A stretch of 64,000 bases of DNA from an uncultured Nitrososphaeraceae archaeon (lineage in GTDB: Archaea > Thermoproteota > Nitrososphaeria > Nitrososphaerales > Nitrososphaeraceae): the NCBI GenBank assembly GCA_963825865.1, contig CAWGVG010000018.1, forward strand, positions 1 to 64,000. Direction: 5' to 3'. The position numbers and the translations under genes are program-made. Shown in pieces: positions 33,597 to 45,077 of the stretch. The notes beneath the pieces are model-generated. The model did no database searches and was not told the DNA's origin. It saw only the letters and a program-made list of their open reading frames with translations. Positions within the stretch are counted from its first letter, which is position 1. The number at the start of each line of letters is the position of its first letter.

Positions 33597-34568
33597 ATGA
33601 CAAATACAACACAAGAAAGATCGTTACAGCGAGTTAGCAAGCTCAAAATGGTACTTTCACTTAGCTGTTCTTATTTTGCTGGAGCGGTCATTACTGTCTT
33701 ATTTACTGGCAGTCTAGCTTTGCTTTCAGAAGCAGGGCATGTGCTTGCTGATGTTGGAGGGGTTGCTTTGGCTCTCTTTGCTATCAATTATACTCGTAAG
33801 CCAGCGACCCCTCAAAGAACTTACGGTTTTTACAGAATGGAAATACTAGCCTCATTTGTAAACAGCGTAGTATTGGTATTACTTTCTGCATATATCTTGT
33901 ATGAAGGTTTTAGACGTATTTTTGAACCGCCAGAAATTCAAAGCTCTCTTATGATAATAGTGGCAGCAATCGGGTTAATAGTAAATTTTATCGGAATGCG
34001 ACTGCTTAGTGGCGGAGACGCTGATCCAGGACATTCTCTTGCACATAATGATGATGGGAATAATAGCAAAGATGGCGAGAGAAAAAAAGATGAAAGAGGT
34101 GAACAAGAACAACAGAATCTAAATCTGAAAGCTGTATATTTAGAAACTTTAAGCGATACAATAGGTGCTGCAGGCGTCATTACTGCTGGTATTATAATGC
34201 TGACTACAAAGTTCTATCTGGCTGACCCGATCATAAGCATTGGTTTAGCATTGTTTATGCTTCCTAGAACATGGTCCATTATTAAAAAAGCAATTCATAT
34301 ACTTATGGAAGGATCTCCATCCGATATATTGCATGAGGAAGTAAAAAAAGCAATACTGCAAGTGAAAGGTGTAACAGGTATATTTGAACTCCATATATGG
34401 ACCATAACATCAGGTATGAATGCATTATCGGCTCATGTAGTGATTATAGACCCAAGCAAATCACAGACAATTCTACAAGAGATAAATTCTACTCTTGAAA
34501 AGAAATTTAAAATAACACGTGCAACAATTCAAATAGAGACGTACCATTCAGAATCAGGTTTATTCTAG
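33597..34568 (+). CDS. czcD: Cation diffusion facilitator (CzcD-like Zn/Co/Cd exporter)
   Basis: SLALLSEAGHVLAD, TYGFYRMEILAS, ELHIWTITSG, ATIQIE. Confidence 0.88.
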   Translation: MTNTTQERSLQRVSKLKMVLSLSCSYFAGAVITVLFTGSLALLSEAGHVLADVGGVALALFAINYTRKPATPQRTYGFYRMEILASFVNSVVLVLLSAYILYEGFRRIFEPPEIQSSLMIIVAAIGLIVNFIGMRLLSGGDADPGHSLAHNDDGNNSKDGERKKDERGEQEQQNLNLKAVYLETLSDTIGAAGVITAGIIMLTTKFYLADPIISIGLALFMLPRTWSIIKKAIHILMEGSPSDILHEEVKKAILQVKGVTGIFELHIWTITSGMNALSAHVVIIDPSKSQTILQEINSTLEKKFKITRATIQIETYHSESGLF

Positions 34569-35616
34569 GGGGGAAGCAGAATAATTTTCATAAGTACATG
34601 TAAAAACACATATTCTATATTTTGATGTATGATAATGTCTTGTCTTTATTAATGCAACTTCTATTTCAAAGGCCATTTTGTTTAATTCAAAGAGATCTTC
34701 AATGTTAAGTATTGCATTTGCAGTTTATTGCCTTTTATCATCGGCATCAAAGTGTATGGCTGAAAATCATATACGAAAAATTAGTAGATAGTCTTAAATA
34801 AAAATAAGAAACAAGACAAAAGACTAGTGTAACTTGGTGAATGAATTTAATTTTGAATCTAGATATACAAAATTACTAAATATCCTAGCAGAAAACAGAA
34901 GGATCACGGAGGATCAATTGTCTCATTTTTTGAAGAGGCATTCAGGTAATATCACCTAAACGAGGCTTTGGATTGGAGTCTTTGGCAAAGATATTGTTGG
35001 AAATTGTGATAGGTGCATCCAAAGATTATATCAGTAAAATGAAGATTCCCTACCAATCTACTAGGTACCTTGCTGAAATGCAAAAGCTGATGGCACAGGG
35101 TACATCTTATTACCTAAATGTTATGTTCTGATAGTATGAGGATTTTAAAAATGCAGTTGATGCATAAGTGGATTAGAATCAGGTGCTGAAAACCTGTCGA
35201 ACCTTGAAAATGCGCTTAAAGCTAAACCCGAATTAATATAACTTTTGTAAATCAATGAATCAGCAACAAATTACTGTCGCAATTATATTTTAGGGGTATT
35301 GGTGTATTCATAGGTATATGACGAGATCTGACTAGGTTAAGATAAATAAGCTCCTGCTTACATATCATCATAAAAATAAAATAATCTCTCTATCATCTTA
35401 ACCATAGTGAAGCTGCATTACTTTCGTGCAAAAACCTCTTTCTAATTTCTTCTGATTCCATCCTACGGTTAATAAATTTCATTACAAATTGAATTCTGTA
35501 TTCCTGTTATACCGCTTTCCTTTGAGCGTCGTTGTCTTCAATGATTTTTAATTCTAAGGGGTAGTAAATAAATTGATATTATATTCAGAGTTATCCATAA
35601 ATAAACTGTAGTGTCA

Positions 35617-36528
35617 TTATTTTTTTTGGACCAGTTTACTCTTGTGCTTATTAGTAGATGAATTTGTAACCATTAATGCGACTCCTACCAAAATTATGCT
35701 AGTAGCAACTAATGTTTGTAACGATATAGGCTCCTTAAATATTGCCCATCCAAAAAATACTGCTATTACTGGTACTATATATGCAAATGAGTTGGCTATA
35801 GGTGCAGACTCGACTCGAAGAAGCCAGAAGAATTCAGCGTAACCAACAGCCGTACATAAGAATATCAAGTAAAAGTAAGCAGCAAGTGAAGTTGTTGAGA
35901 TATGAGATAATTTAAAGTCTTTAAATTCTCCAACTGCAAAACTCGTAATGGTAAGCATTATCCCACCAGCAAGCATTATGGCCAGTATGCTAACAGGCAT
36001 ATGAGATCTAGTAGAATAAAGCGAGCCGGCAGCCCAAAATATTGAGCTAAGAATTAGAGACACTATGCCAATTAAATTTATATTGGTATTATTTGGATTT
36101 ATAAGAATAACTAAACCGGCAAATCCTGCGGCTAGTCCAAAACCCATCCTTTTTGTTAAACGCACTTTGAATATGAGTGCTGCAATTATAGCTATCCATA
36201 ATGGAATTGTAGAATTTAGTAATGCTGTCACTCCAGAAGAAAGATATTGTGCGCCCCAAACTAACAATCCTTGTCCACCCAGGATTATCGCGGCAGCTAG
36301 TATTAGTGCATCTTTCCACTCTTGTTTACCTACATGTTCACATTTAGTGTTCCCATTAGTGTGAAATACATATACTGCCAAAAGTATGGCTCCAGAAGCT
36401 GCAAATCTAATACCAAAAGCAAGTATAGGAGGAATTGCATCTATTACCACTTTAATCGCAAGAAAACTCGAGCCCCAAAGGACCGATAATGTAACGAGTA
36501 CCAGTATTACCTTCAATTGTTTCGACAA
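35617..36528 (-). CDS. EamA/DMT family transporter
   Basis: WGSSFLAIK, about 10 TMs, AYIVPVIAVFFGWAIFKEP. Confidence 0.9.
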   Translation of the reverse strand: MSKQLKVILVLVTLSVLWGSSFLAIKVVIDAIPPILAFGIRFAASGAILLAVYVFHTNGNTKCEHVGKQEWKDALILAAAIILGGQGLLVWGAQYLSSGVTALLNSTIPLWIAIIAALIFKVRLTKRMGFGLAAGFAGLVILINPNNTNINLIGIVSLILSSIFWAAGSLYSTRSHMPVSILAIMLAGGIMLTITSFAVGEFKDFKLSHISTTSLAAYFYLIFLCTAVGYAEFFWLLRVESAPIANSFAYIVPVIAVFFGWAIFKEPISLQTLVATSIILVGVALMVTNSSTNKHKSKLVQKK

Positions 36529-36925
36529 TAAAACAGAATTAACCGCTATAGATTATTATAAATCTCTTTCCAGACCTTAGTAGCAAAACAAGCTCTTAAT
36601 CCATATGAGTATGCATCACAAATATGCAAAATATAGAAGACTAGGGATGTGCTGGCAATAATTATTGTATAATGTGCTTTTAAAAAATAGAAGTAAAGTT
36701 TTATCATTTTCAGCTCTAAGATACAACATGTCCCAAAAAGCATTATTGAAGCACACGGTGAAAGAATATGAGCAGGCTCCTTCCCGCAGTAGTTATAGTC
36801 AGAACTACTCCATCTGGAAGCTTTTCAGAGCATTTTTCAAGTCCTTAGATAGATGTAATATTCTAGTATATTGCTCCTTAGACATGCTCTGAGTTTTCAA
36901 TAAAAAACCAAATTATATGTCAATA

Positions 36926-37201
36926 TTAATGCATAATCATCTGCTTTATCAACAAGACCTTTGTAATTGTATCTACAAATATGCCTTTGAAATTACTTGG
37001 TAAGCCAGCTATTGTCTCTGCTAAATCAGAAGTTAGGGTAGCACCAGTAAGTCCAATATGCGGGTGGGTATAATTTCCCTTTTCAATTAACGCAGGAACT
37101 ATTCGTGTTATCGTGGTAGATGGAATTGCAAATGCTATTTCAGAGAAGCCTATAGAAGAGCTAATTCCAGCTGTATTTATTCCAATAACCTCTCCTTGCA
37201 C
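36926..37201 (-). pseudogene. HtrA-like trypsin/PDZ protease internal fragment
   Basis: MQGEVIGINTA...FAIPS.TI.RIVPALIEKGNYTHPHIG. Confidence 0.75.
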
Positions 37202-38324
37202 AGTAGGTGGAACTTCAGTAGAGATTACTTGATGGCATTATCATCGTCCTGCCAGAATACGAACGGAGGGTTCAACGAGTAGACGTATTAACGCCACGGG
37301 AGTGTCATCAGTCCATTGACCAGGTTTGAAGTGAAATGGACCGCCTCCCACAATGTCTTTAATAGGAGTAAATGAACCTGGCCAGCTCGAATTCCAAAAT
37401 GGTGCCTAGCACACATAATACTGCTCCTGTAGTTCAACCATACTTAATGTCTTCTGAAGCTATTTAGTTATATCACATGCCAGCTAACAAAGAGTAATTT
37501 ATCTTTAGCTACTATTGACCGTCTTAGTACAAAAATCATATGATCTATAAACCCTTGGGCCAAAAAATTGTGTCGTAACTTATGCGTTTTTGATGGCAAA
37601 CTAACCTGCACTAATACATAAAGTTCAAAGGCTCCAACTTTCAACACTACATAGTAGTTTTTACAAATTGCCGCAATAAAACGTCTTCTGATTCTATTTA
37701 TAGGATTTAATCAGTAACTAGAATCATTTCTTCTTAAGGTCTTTAAGATACTGTCTCATAGATTCTACTATAAGAGCAGTTACTGTCGTTTTCATATCTA
37801 TAGCCAAGTGTTTGAAATCATCAAGCAGATCGGTAGGAATTTTAATCGTAGTTTTAGTTTCATCATCTCCTACCATTTCATCCCTTTCCATACACGATAT
37901 TTATATACACACAGTTATATGTATTTATACTTTAGCATATATATATCTTGTAGCATAAAGAAGATATTTATATACCCAGTTATATTTATTTCTGCTTAAA
38001 CATATAACTTTCTTACCGTATAGAAGTATACACTTATATATTCTATGTCTAGCAGTATGGGTATGGACACCCGAACGTTCTCCGTAAACGTAGTAACTAC
38101 GATAGCAATACCAGTCGAACGACGATGAAAAATACAATGACAAAGCAAGCATTTGTATTCGAAGATCCAAGACATTGCAACACAGATGGATGGTCCTCGA
38201 CCTGTTATAACGTAAGGTATAACGACGGTCAACAAAGCTGAGGAGATGAATTAATCAATGAACAACAACAATAGCAAAACTGAGCTAAAACTTTGATTTA
38301 AAGAAAAGAACAGCATGTGAAAGA

Positions 38325-38804
38325 ATGGCAAAGTTTGCACACATTGTTGATTTTAGATTAGTTGAAATTAGTACTTTGCCACCCCTACCAGAGATTATTA
38401 CATTTTATCGGAGTCTACCTGATAGCTATAAGAAGTTACAATTGATAATAAAGAAGGCATCGAAGGGGACGTTTTGGGATGAAGAATTACAGCAAGAATA
38501 TGAAGAGAAGTATCTACCTCTTAAAGAATCTGCCATATCATCTGCAATGAAATCACTTTCAATACTTCATATACACGGTTTAATTGTTGCTATAACTGAA
38601 TCTCCAAGAATATTATCTAAAAGCTTGTTAGGCGAGAGAATATTTCAAGAAAGCCCCGATGTTACACTTGTAGTATTATATTCTCCAGATGGTAAAGTGA
38701 GTATTAGAAGAAGAGATGGAACAGACATAAGATGTGATTTGATTGCCTATAGGTTAAATGGTGGGGGTCGTGACACAGTAGGTATTATTTCTTTTAGTGC
38801 ATAA
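38325..38804 (+). pseudogene. DHH/DHHA1 phosphoesterase C-terminal fragment
   Basis: GKVSIRR...LIAYRLNGGG is cut before the conserved H; no N-terminal DHH domain. Confidence 0.6.
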
Positions 38805-38831
38805 TCTATTACCTACATCTTTATTATACTG

Positions 38832-38939
38832 CATATGAAGAATATATTTACAGATGCCCTGTGTACTTTGTTAAAACACCCTAGAAAATGTCCTCATGCT
38901 CATAATATCCCTCTAGGTAAATGTTGTTTCAGAAAGTAA
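38832..38939 (+). pseudogene. DtxR/MntR-family metalloregulator C-terminal fragment
   Basis: HMKNIFTDALCTLLKHPRKCPHAHNIPLGKCC. Confidence 0.65.
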
Positions 38940-39066
38940 TATGATAATAATGTCTGGCAAAGAGTAGATCCTCTTTTCTCTCTTGTAAAAAGAGATTATG
39001 AGTCAGATAAAAAAAGGTCTGAAAGATATATGGGATTGATTATCTACTTGTAGAAAGTATTATCTT

Positions 39067-39951
39067 TCATATATACACATTGTTCCATACCATCTTCGCT
39101 AACTTTGCTAAAGCAACAGAAATTGGTTGATCTGTGCTATAAATGAACAAGGTATGATCTGCTGTCTTCTGGTCTGGCCAAAATCCACCTGGACAGTATT
39201 TACATATTGCATAATGGAAATTATATTCAGTTAGAATCTTAAATCCATTCTTTGGAAATTCAGTTCTATAATATCCAAGCCATCCGGAGTGAATGCCGCC
39301 ATCATTATCTTTATTATTTGCTACCTGATTAGTTGGAGCATAAAATCCACCAACTACTAAATTCCCTGTAGACTTTTGGCTGGAACTTACAGTCATATTT
39401 CCTTTCATCCATGTGTATTTGGTATCCATTACAGAATACTTTCCAGCAGGCAATACCTTTGGTGTAGAACTGTTAGTATAGTCCATTTTTCCAGTGGTAT
39501 ATACCATATTTCCAGAGCTATCCATGATGTTAATTGTATGAGGATGAGGAGTATCCCATGGCGCATCTGCGTCTAGGAATGTTATGGCTGTTCCTTGTGG
39601 AACTACAAGGTTAGTTGGAATATAAATAGGATTATGGTCACTAACGTATTTGTGTCTCTCATTAGCGGAATTTTCGTGGGCTTCATTTACTACATACCAA
39701 ATGAATGTTCTTACCGATGAGGGTAATATCATGGACTGAGATTGATAAACGGATTCAGCAGTAGGAATATTATCTTGTGTTGTACTAGTATTAGATGCAG
39801 ATGAAGATAAGGTTTGACCAGTATTTTGTGCAAATACAACAGAACCAAATACCGTTGGGCCATTTGCAATTGTAGATACCGTCATCAATATCAATAACAG
39901 CAGTAGTTTTACAAATGATGATGCACCACTTGTTATCTTTATATCTGTCAT
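39067..39951 (-). CDS. Secreted cupredoxin-like hypothetical protein
   Basis: Signal peptide; YIPTNLVVPQGTAITF..PHPHTI..WMKGNMTV resembles cupredoxin strands; CKYC in the C-terminal domain. Confidence 0.65.
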   Translation of the reverse strand: MTDIKITSGASSFVKLLLLLILMTVSTIANGPTVFGSVVFAQNTGQTLSSSASNTSTTQDNIPTAESVYQSQSMILPSSVRTFIWYVVNEAHENSANERHKYVSDHNPIYIPTNLVVPQGTAITFLDADAPWDTPHPHTINIMDSSGNMVYTTGKMDYTNSSTPKVLPAGKYSVMDTKYTWMKGNMTVSSSQKSTGNLVVGGFYAPTNQVANNKDNDGGIHSGWLGYYRTEFPKNGFKILTEYNFHYAICKYCPGGFWPDQKTADHTLFIYSTDQPISVALAKLAKMVWNNVYI

Positions 39952-40335
39952 GTAATGATTCTTTTTTCTTTTCCTCTTTTATATTTCTTTGAACAAAAAA
40001 TTTAATTCCAAGCTTAATAGCCATAAACTGTGACAAGATATCTGAGCAAAGTTTAGAGTAAGATTTCTTTACTGCTCCTGTTATCACTGTTGAGAATTAT
40101 GTATTAGAATAAATACGACATCTTCGTAATTAGGTGGACCTAACAACAATGGTAGTAGCTTATCAGAAACAAATTTACTAGTAAAACTATATATTAACAA
40201 TGGTATTGCAGTGCAATTTATACAATCGTTATTTGTGCTACTATATCTGCAACAATGTTAAAGTAGAATTGCTGCCAATTGCTAACAATCTATTTGACTA
40301 GTAGCGCTTTAATATATCACATCCAGGCCTGTTAT

Positions 40336-40580
40336 TTATCGTAAAGCCTCTTCTTTCTTTTCGAATCCAAAATAGCACGAATGGCACATTTCCTTTCCAT
40401 AAATTACTCCACTCTTACCACATTTGCTGCATACCTTTTCATAGTCCACAGTTGAATCTAAGGATTTTGTCTTTTGGATACATTTGCCGCATATTGGCGC
40501 TTCGAGATTGAAGCTGGAAAGAAATCCCGATCCGCACTGATTACATCTTAGGCTGTACATTTTTCCTTTTGGTTTCCAGC
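40336..40580 (-). CDS. Small double Zn-finger protein
   Basis: CNQC..CGKC..CSKC..CHSC; start probably at MYSLRC. Confidence 0.5.
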
Positions 40581-40595
40581 GTCTAAATATACTAA

Positions 40596-40945
40596 TCAAA
40601 ATCCCACCTTTTTCATCTTTGAAACGCATTTGGGACATACTGCTTCCTTATGTTCTGCTTCGCAGCTTATACAATAATACTTTAATGATGAACCGTTATT
40701 ACTCTTGCTACTGCTAAACATCGAAGGCGTTGAGCCAAACATTCCTACTGCTCCACTCGTGCGACTCATTCCTTTCATCATAGATCTTCTAGTATAAATA
40801 TTACGCAAAATGAACATTCCAATATTGTAACTAGAGAGAACGCAATTTGTAACAATAAAGATATGATCAAGATTATACCAAAGGATATCCCAAACTGCAC
40901 TATTTGAATAATAAAAAATTGCTTATTGTTATTACTTGAATTCAA
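40596..40945 (-). pseudogene. Two-TM protein with C-terminal Zn ribbon, frameshifted near 40820
   Basis: Hydrophobic N-terminus from TTG ~40945; LKYYCISCEAEHKEAVCPKCVSKMKKVGF. Confidence 0.6.
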
Positions 40946-40999
40946 CCTCTATTCACCATTATCTTTCGTTACGATACTACTTTGTTTGGTGCATAGGAG

Positions 41000-41039
41000 T
41001 ATTAAGAACTTGATTAACAATGTTAGCTAACTTGGTTAA
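41000..41039 (-). promoter_or_regulatory. TATA-like box with two tandem TAAC-N3-GTTA palindromes
   Basis: ttaacaatgttag (41014-41026) and ctaacttggttaa (41027-41039), adjacent to minus-strand tcaagtt-cttaata. Confidence 0.45.
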
Positions 41040-41122
41040 CCGTATCTTAATTAAGATTCCTTTATTTATAATATGGATAAATTTGTCTTTATACCACTTG
41101 TCATCGGTTGATACCAAAAATT

Positions 41123-41887
41123 TTATTCAGTCTTCTTTTTCCCTCTTACTTCATGGTATTCAGTGAGATATTCAAATCCTTTTATCTCCTTGTTTATCCT
41201 TATTGTTGTCATCTCGAACAGATCTTGAATTCTAGTTTTTGTATAAGGCGATACAATAATCTGGTCATCATGAGCTTCCACTTCAAGCTTACTAGCTAAA
41301 TTTACTGCCGATCCTATTGTTGTAAATTGGTCGCGTTCTCCTGTCAGAATTAATCCAACGATAACGGGGCCCGTATTTATGCCACATTTAAGATTAACGT
41401 TGATGTCTTGCTTTACTTTTATCTTCCATATTTTAAGCCAATCACCTTTAATTTTCTGAAAAAGTTCTTTTAATTCTATAGCTGCATTCAGACCATCAAT
41501 AGTTCCATCCCTTGATTCATTACTTTGATTTTTAAATCCAAAGTATGCCATAACACCATCACCAATAAATTTATCCAATATTCCGTTATTTTTGTGGACT
41601 ATTTTATTTGCCTCAGAAAAATACTCTTTTAAGAATGCAACAACTAGTTGAGTATTCTCTTTTAGTATCTCGCATAGGACAGAAAAGCCTGAAATATCCC
41701 AGAATACAAGAGTCAAAATCTTATTCTGCACATTTACCAAGTTTGGATCGTTTATTTGCTCCAGCACTACTGGGTCTAATAGTTGTAACCATTCAGCAGT
41801 ATTAGAGGTTTGATCTTTATGTTTTGGAGAGGATATTTTTGTTGCTGTAGTTTTCAAATGGATTTCTTTCGAATAATCAATATTCAT
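41123..41887 (-). CDS. Class III adenylate/guanylate cyclase (catalytic domain only)
   Basis: FWDISGFS, DKFIGDGVMAYFG, GINTGPV, TTIGSAVNLASKLE. Confidence 0.9.
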   Translation of the reverse strand: MNIDYSKEIHLKTTATKISSPKHKDQTSNTAEWLQLLDPVVLEQINDPNLVNVQNKILTLVFWDISGFSVLCEILKENTQLVVAFLKEYFSEANKIVHKNNGILDKFIGDGVMAYFGFKNQSNESRDGTIDGLNAAIELKELFQKIKGDWLKIWKIKVKQDINVNLKCGINTGPVIVGLILTGERDQFTTIGSAVNLASKLEVEAHDDQIIVSPYTKTRIQDLFEMTTIRINKEIKGFEYLTEYHEVRGKKKTE

Positions 41888-41907
41888 ACCGAACCACTCA
41901 AGTCATT

Positions 41908-42174
41908 TTCATAGCACTACTATCATTGGCAGCGATTCTACTTTGGTATTATTGCAGACAGAACACTTGAGGATCGTTGTGCCGCTGCTGTCATATAACA
42001 AATAGTTGCACACCAAAAACAGGGTCCGCATAATAGAAAATGTGATTGGTGACTTGGAGTATGTTTATTATTACTTTTATTAGTAGAACTTGTATCATTA
42101 TCAACAATAATGTTGTCGCCTTTATAATATAGAAAAGAACAAGACTTCTTAATTGCTTTCTCCTCAATTGACAT
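41908..42174 (-). pseudogene. Small Cys-rich Zn-finger protein, paralog of 24386-24740, frameshifted
   Basis: HFLLCGPCFWCAT / ILKCSVCNNTKVESLP. Confidence 0.65.
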
Positions 42175-42196
42175 TAGCGCATTATTTAAGACATCA

Positions 42197-42223
42197 CTAA
42201 TAAACTTGAGTTAACAATGTTCA
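42197..42223 (-). promoter_or_regulatory. TATA/BRE with abutting AAC-N3-GTTAA palindrome
   Basis: Minus strand tgaacattgttaa-ctcaag-tttattag; TATA-like box ends 23 nt before the ATG at 42174. Confidence 0.5.
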
Positions 42224-43338
42224 GCTGGTAGTAGCAGTATGAGGTAATCAAAATACTTTAACATTAGTGTTTCTTATTTATTTATGCAGTTGTAGATTAT
42301 CAAACTCTATTTTGCATTTTTAAATGCATTTTTACACGTGAATAATAATCATATGCCCTCATCCCACCACCAAGTTTACCTTTAATATTTGCTAACTCTT
42401 CTATTGTTGTCAAGCGCTGAGCAATATAATCTAGGACACCGTCTTTGAATTATTCTTTCAGTGTAATTGATATTCCCTTTTACCAAAAGTTCCTGGCCAT
42501 TTATCTCCTACAGTTTATCTTTTCATATCTCTTTGTTCATACCGATGATTATTTGGTTCTCCTCTTACCAATGTCATTATTATCATTAGTAGTTATTGGT
42601 TCTGAAGTTATTGTTGTTACAACAATAATATATTCATGTATCCATCCAAGTTCCATTTCCAACGGGAGACCATCAGAAATAGATAGTATAGAAGAAAAGT
42701 TTTTTGATTGAATGAATCATACTAGTACTACTCATGTAGAATGCGCTACTAATACCCATATACAGATTCTCTCTAGGTTTCTGTTTGGAACATGTAATAC
42801 TACATTCAAATATAAGAATGATTATTATTGCTGCAACAGCTATGATAACTTTTTAACGCATAATAATTGTTTTTGGGGAGGAGGAAGAAGGACTAGTAGT
42901 AGTAAGCAACAATCCCCCAAGATGATCGCGTAGATGTAGAAGCCTTAATCCCTTGTCAGTTATTCTATAAGTTCCTCTTCGGTTTCCTTTTTGATATGTT
43001 GTTATCATGCTAGGCAGCTATTAAAACCGAGATATATTGCTTCATCTGTGGGTATGATAAAAATGACGTACATTATTTGTGATGCATTTAAACTTCTTCC
43101 ATTGACGACTTCTAGGTCAAAAATGCCTTAAGGCTACTTCAAGGCCACAGAAATACCAAAATTGGAAATCCACCCTTAAATTAGAATGTTAGAAAATGCT
43201 TAGATATATTTTGAAGGATAAGACAGAATATGTCACTTGTGTGGTGGCATTTACTCGGCTTATTTAGAGTAAAAATACCTGTCATTCCTTCTCTTTCTTT
43301 TCTCTATAGATCGGAGCTGTGCTATTATTTTACGCTGT

Positions 43339-43773
43339 TCAACTTACGTTAACCTCTCCTATCATCGATGGATGTATTATACAATAGTATTTAAAACTCC
43401 CTGGTTTATCAAATGTATGATTGAATGACTGACCCGTTGCAATATTTCCTGAATCGAATTTTGCTGTCTCTGATGTTACTGTGTGTCCTTGACGATGGCT
43501 ATTGGTCCATGTCACTGTGTCACCAATTTTAATAGCTATTGGATTAGGGCTAAACGATTTGGCATGTTTTATTCCTACTATTGTGACATGATTATCTCGT
43601 TCTTCGCTTGTTGTTGTTATTGTGGGTAGATTACTATCAACATGCGTTAGAGCAGAATCAGTATTCTTGTAACTCATGGCAAATACATTAACTTCCATTT
43701 TCGGCACGATCGAGGTAATGCTTATAACAGCAAGCATTATTATAAGCATGGGCAAATTCCGATTCTTTAACAT
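43339..43773 (-). CDS. Plastocyanin/azurin-like blue copper protein
   Basis: FSPNPIAIKIGDTVTWTN..HTVTS..YYCIIHPSMIG (H, C, H, M type-1 Cu ligands). Confidence 0.92.
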   Translation of the reverse strand: MLKNRNLPMLIIMLAVISITSIVPKMEVNVFAMSYKNTDSALTHVDSNLPTITTTSEERDNHVTIVGIKHAKSFSPNPIAIKIGDTVTWTNSHRQGHTVTSETAKFDSGNIATGQSFNHTFDKPGSFKYYCIIHPSMIGEVNVS

Positions 43774-44067
43774 TTCAATACAGAACGACCAGACAGCTAG
43801 TAAATATATGCAGTGCCAATAAATAATATATAGTAAATAGATGTAAGTTTGTATTTGATATTAGTAGTATTTAATTTTAACATTTCCATGTATATACTTG
43901 CGGTTTCTTTGTCTTATGTTGCTTCATAGGATGATCATGATGATAACGAAGGACCACAAAACCCACAATGAGAAAGTCTTTATCTAATCCAAGATAACAC
44001 TCAAAACTAGATTATCAACAATATTCGGCCGGTTTCTAGCCACAAATCGGTTTGGATATCCTGTGTG

Positions 44068-44550
44068 CTAAGAATTAATTTTCTCTTTGTTCGTATGCGA
44101 TCGACTTGAAGGAAAGAAAAAATCACAGATGCTGTTCATGTTAATTGAAGACCCATGTTGTCTGACAACTACTTTTTCACTTAACGTAAAGCTCCCTTTT
44201 ATACCATCTAAATGTCTTAACTCTTCAACACCAATAATAGACATCAACTCTTTGCAAAAAGAAATATTTTCAGACGTGATTTCAGTCAGATATCTAACCT
44301 TGATTCCTCTCGCTTTAGCATCAATAAAGGCTTTCCTTATTTTTGGTATTTCAATAGCTAAGTGACGTCCCGTATAATTCATACAAGTATCAATTTTTTC
44401 TTTAGAGTTAGAGAAGAAGTGTAATTCTGCCTTTATTACAGTATCAATACCATACAACACATCAATCCTTTCATTGTTGTTATTATTCTTATTATGATTG
44501 TTATTCGCGCTGCCACTGATGATGACTAATATTATTTTTGACTCATAATA
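44068..44550 (-). pseudogene. Sensor histidine kinase N-terminal fragment
   Basis: KEKIDTCMNY..AFIDAKARGIKVRYLTEIT..ELRHLDGIKG; truncated. Confidence 0.7.
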
Positions 44551-44657
44551 TCTTCATCAACAAATAGGATGCCTTTGGTTTAGGGTTTTGATAGAATGGC
44601 ATAATATAATATTTCCTTAGCTAGCAGGATACATTGCTTCTAAGAACGCAAGCTACA

Positions 44658-45077
44658 TTACTTGTTCCATGGAGAATATGCAAGGAAATAGAAAGCAGGA
44701 TGAATTGATAGGCCCATTGTCTTTTCTGGCTTGAGCTTTAGTATAACTCGCTTATGACTGGGTTTTCGATAATAGTATTTTCCAATTCCCAGGTATTTTT
44801 TAGCAAGTCTTTTTAGATGATAGTCTGCTCCTTCGGTGGTCTGCTCGATTACCCTTCCTTTTATTGATACCATATTGAATGGATTGTTCTGCTCTACAAC
44901 GGAAAGAGCTATCCTTTTATCATTCTTTATGTGCTTACTTTTTGCCGAAGTTTCAAAAGTATTTATCAAGATTAAATCGCCTACCATTTCTGCCCAAACT
45001 GGAGTAACATGAGGGGAACCATCTTTTGACAAAGTCGTTAAAAAGGCTAAATTTCTGAATTGAAAAAGATGATGCAT
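44658..45077 (-). CDS. PPOX-class (F420-dependent) oxidoreductase
   Basis: AFLTTLSKDGSPHVTPVW..KSKHIKNDKRIALSV..LAKKYLG. Confidence 0.88.
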   Translation of the reverse strand: MHHLFQFRNLAFLTTLSKDGSPHVTPVWAEMVGDLILINTFETSAKSKHIKNDKRIALSVVEQNNPFNMVSIKGRVIEQTTEGADYHLKRLAKKYLGIGKYYYRKPSHKRVILKLKPEKTMGLSIHPAFYFLAYSPWNK

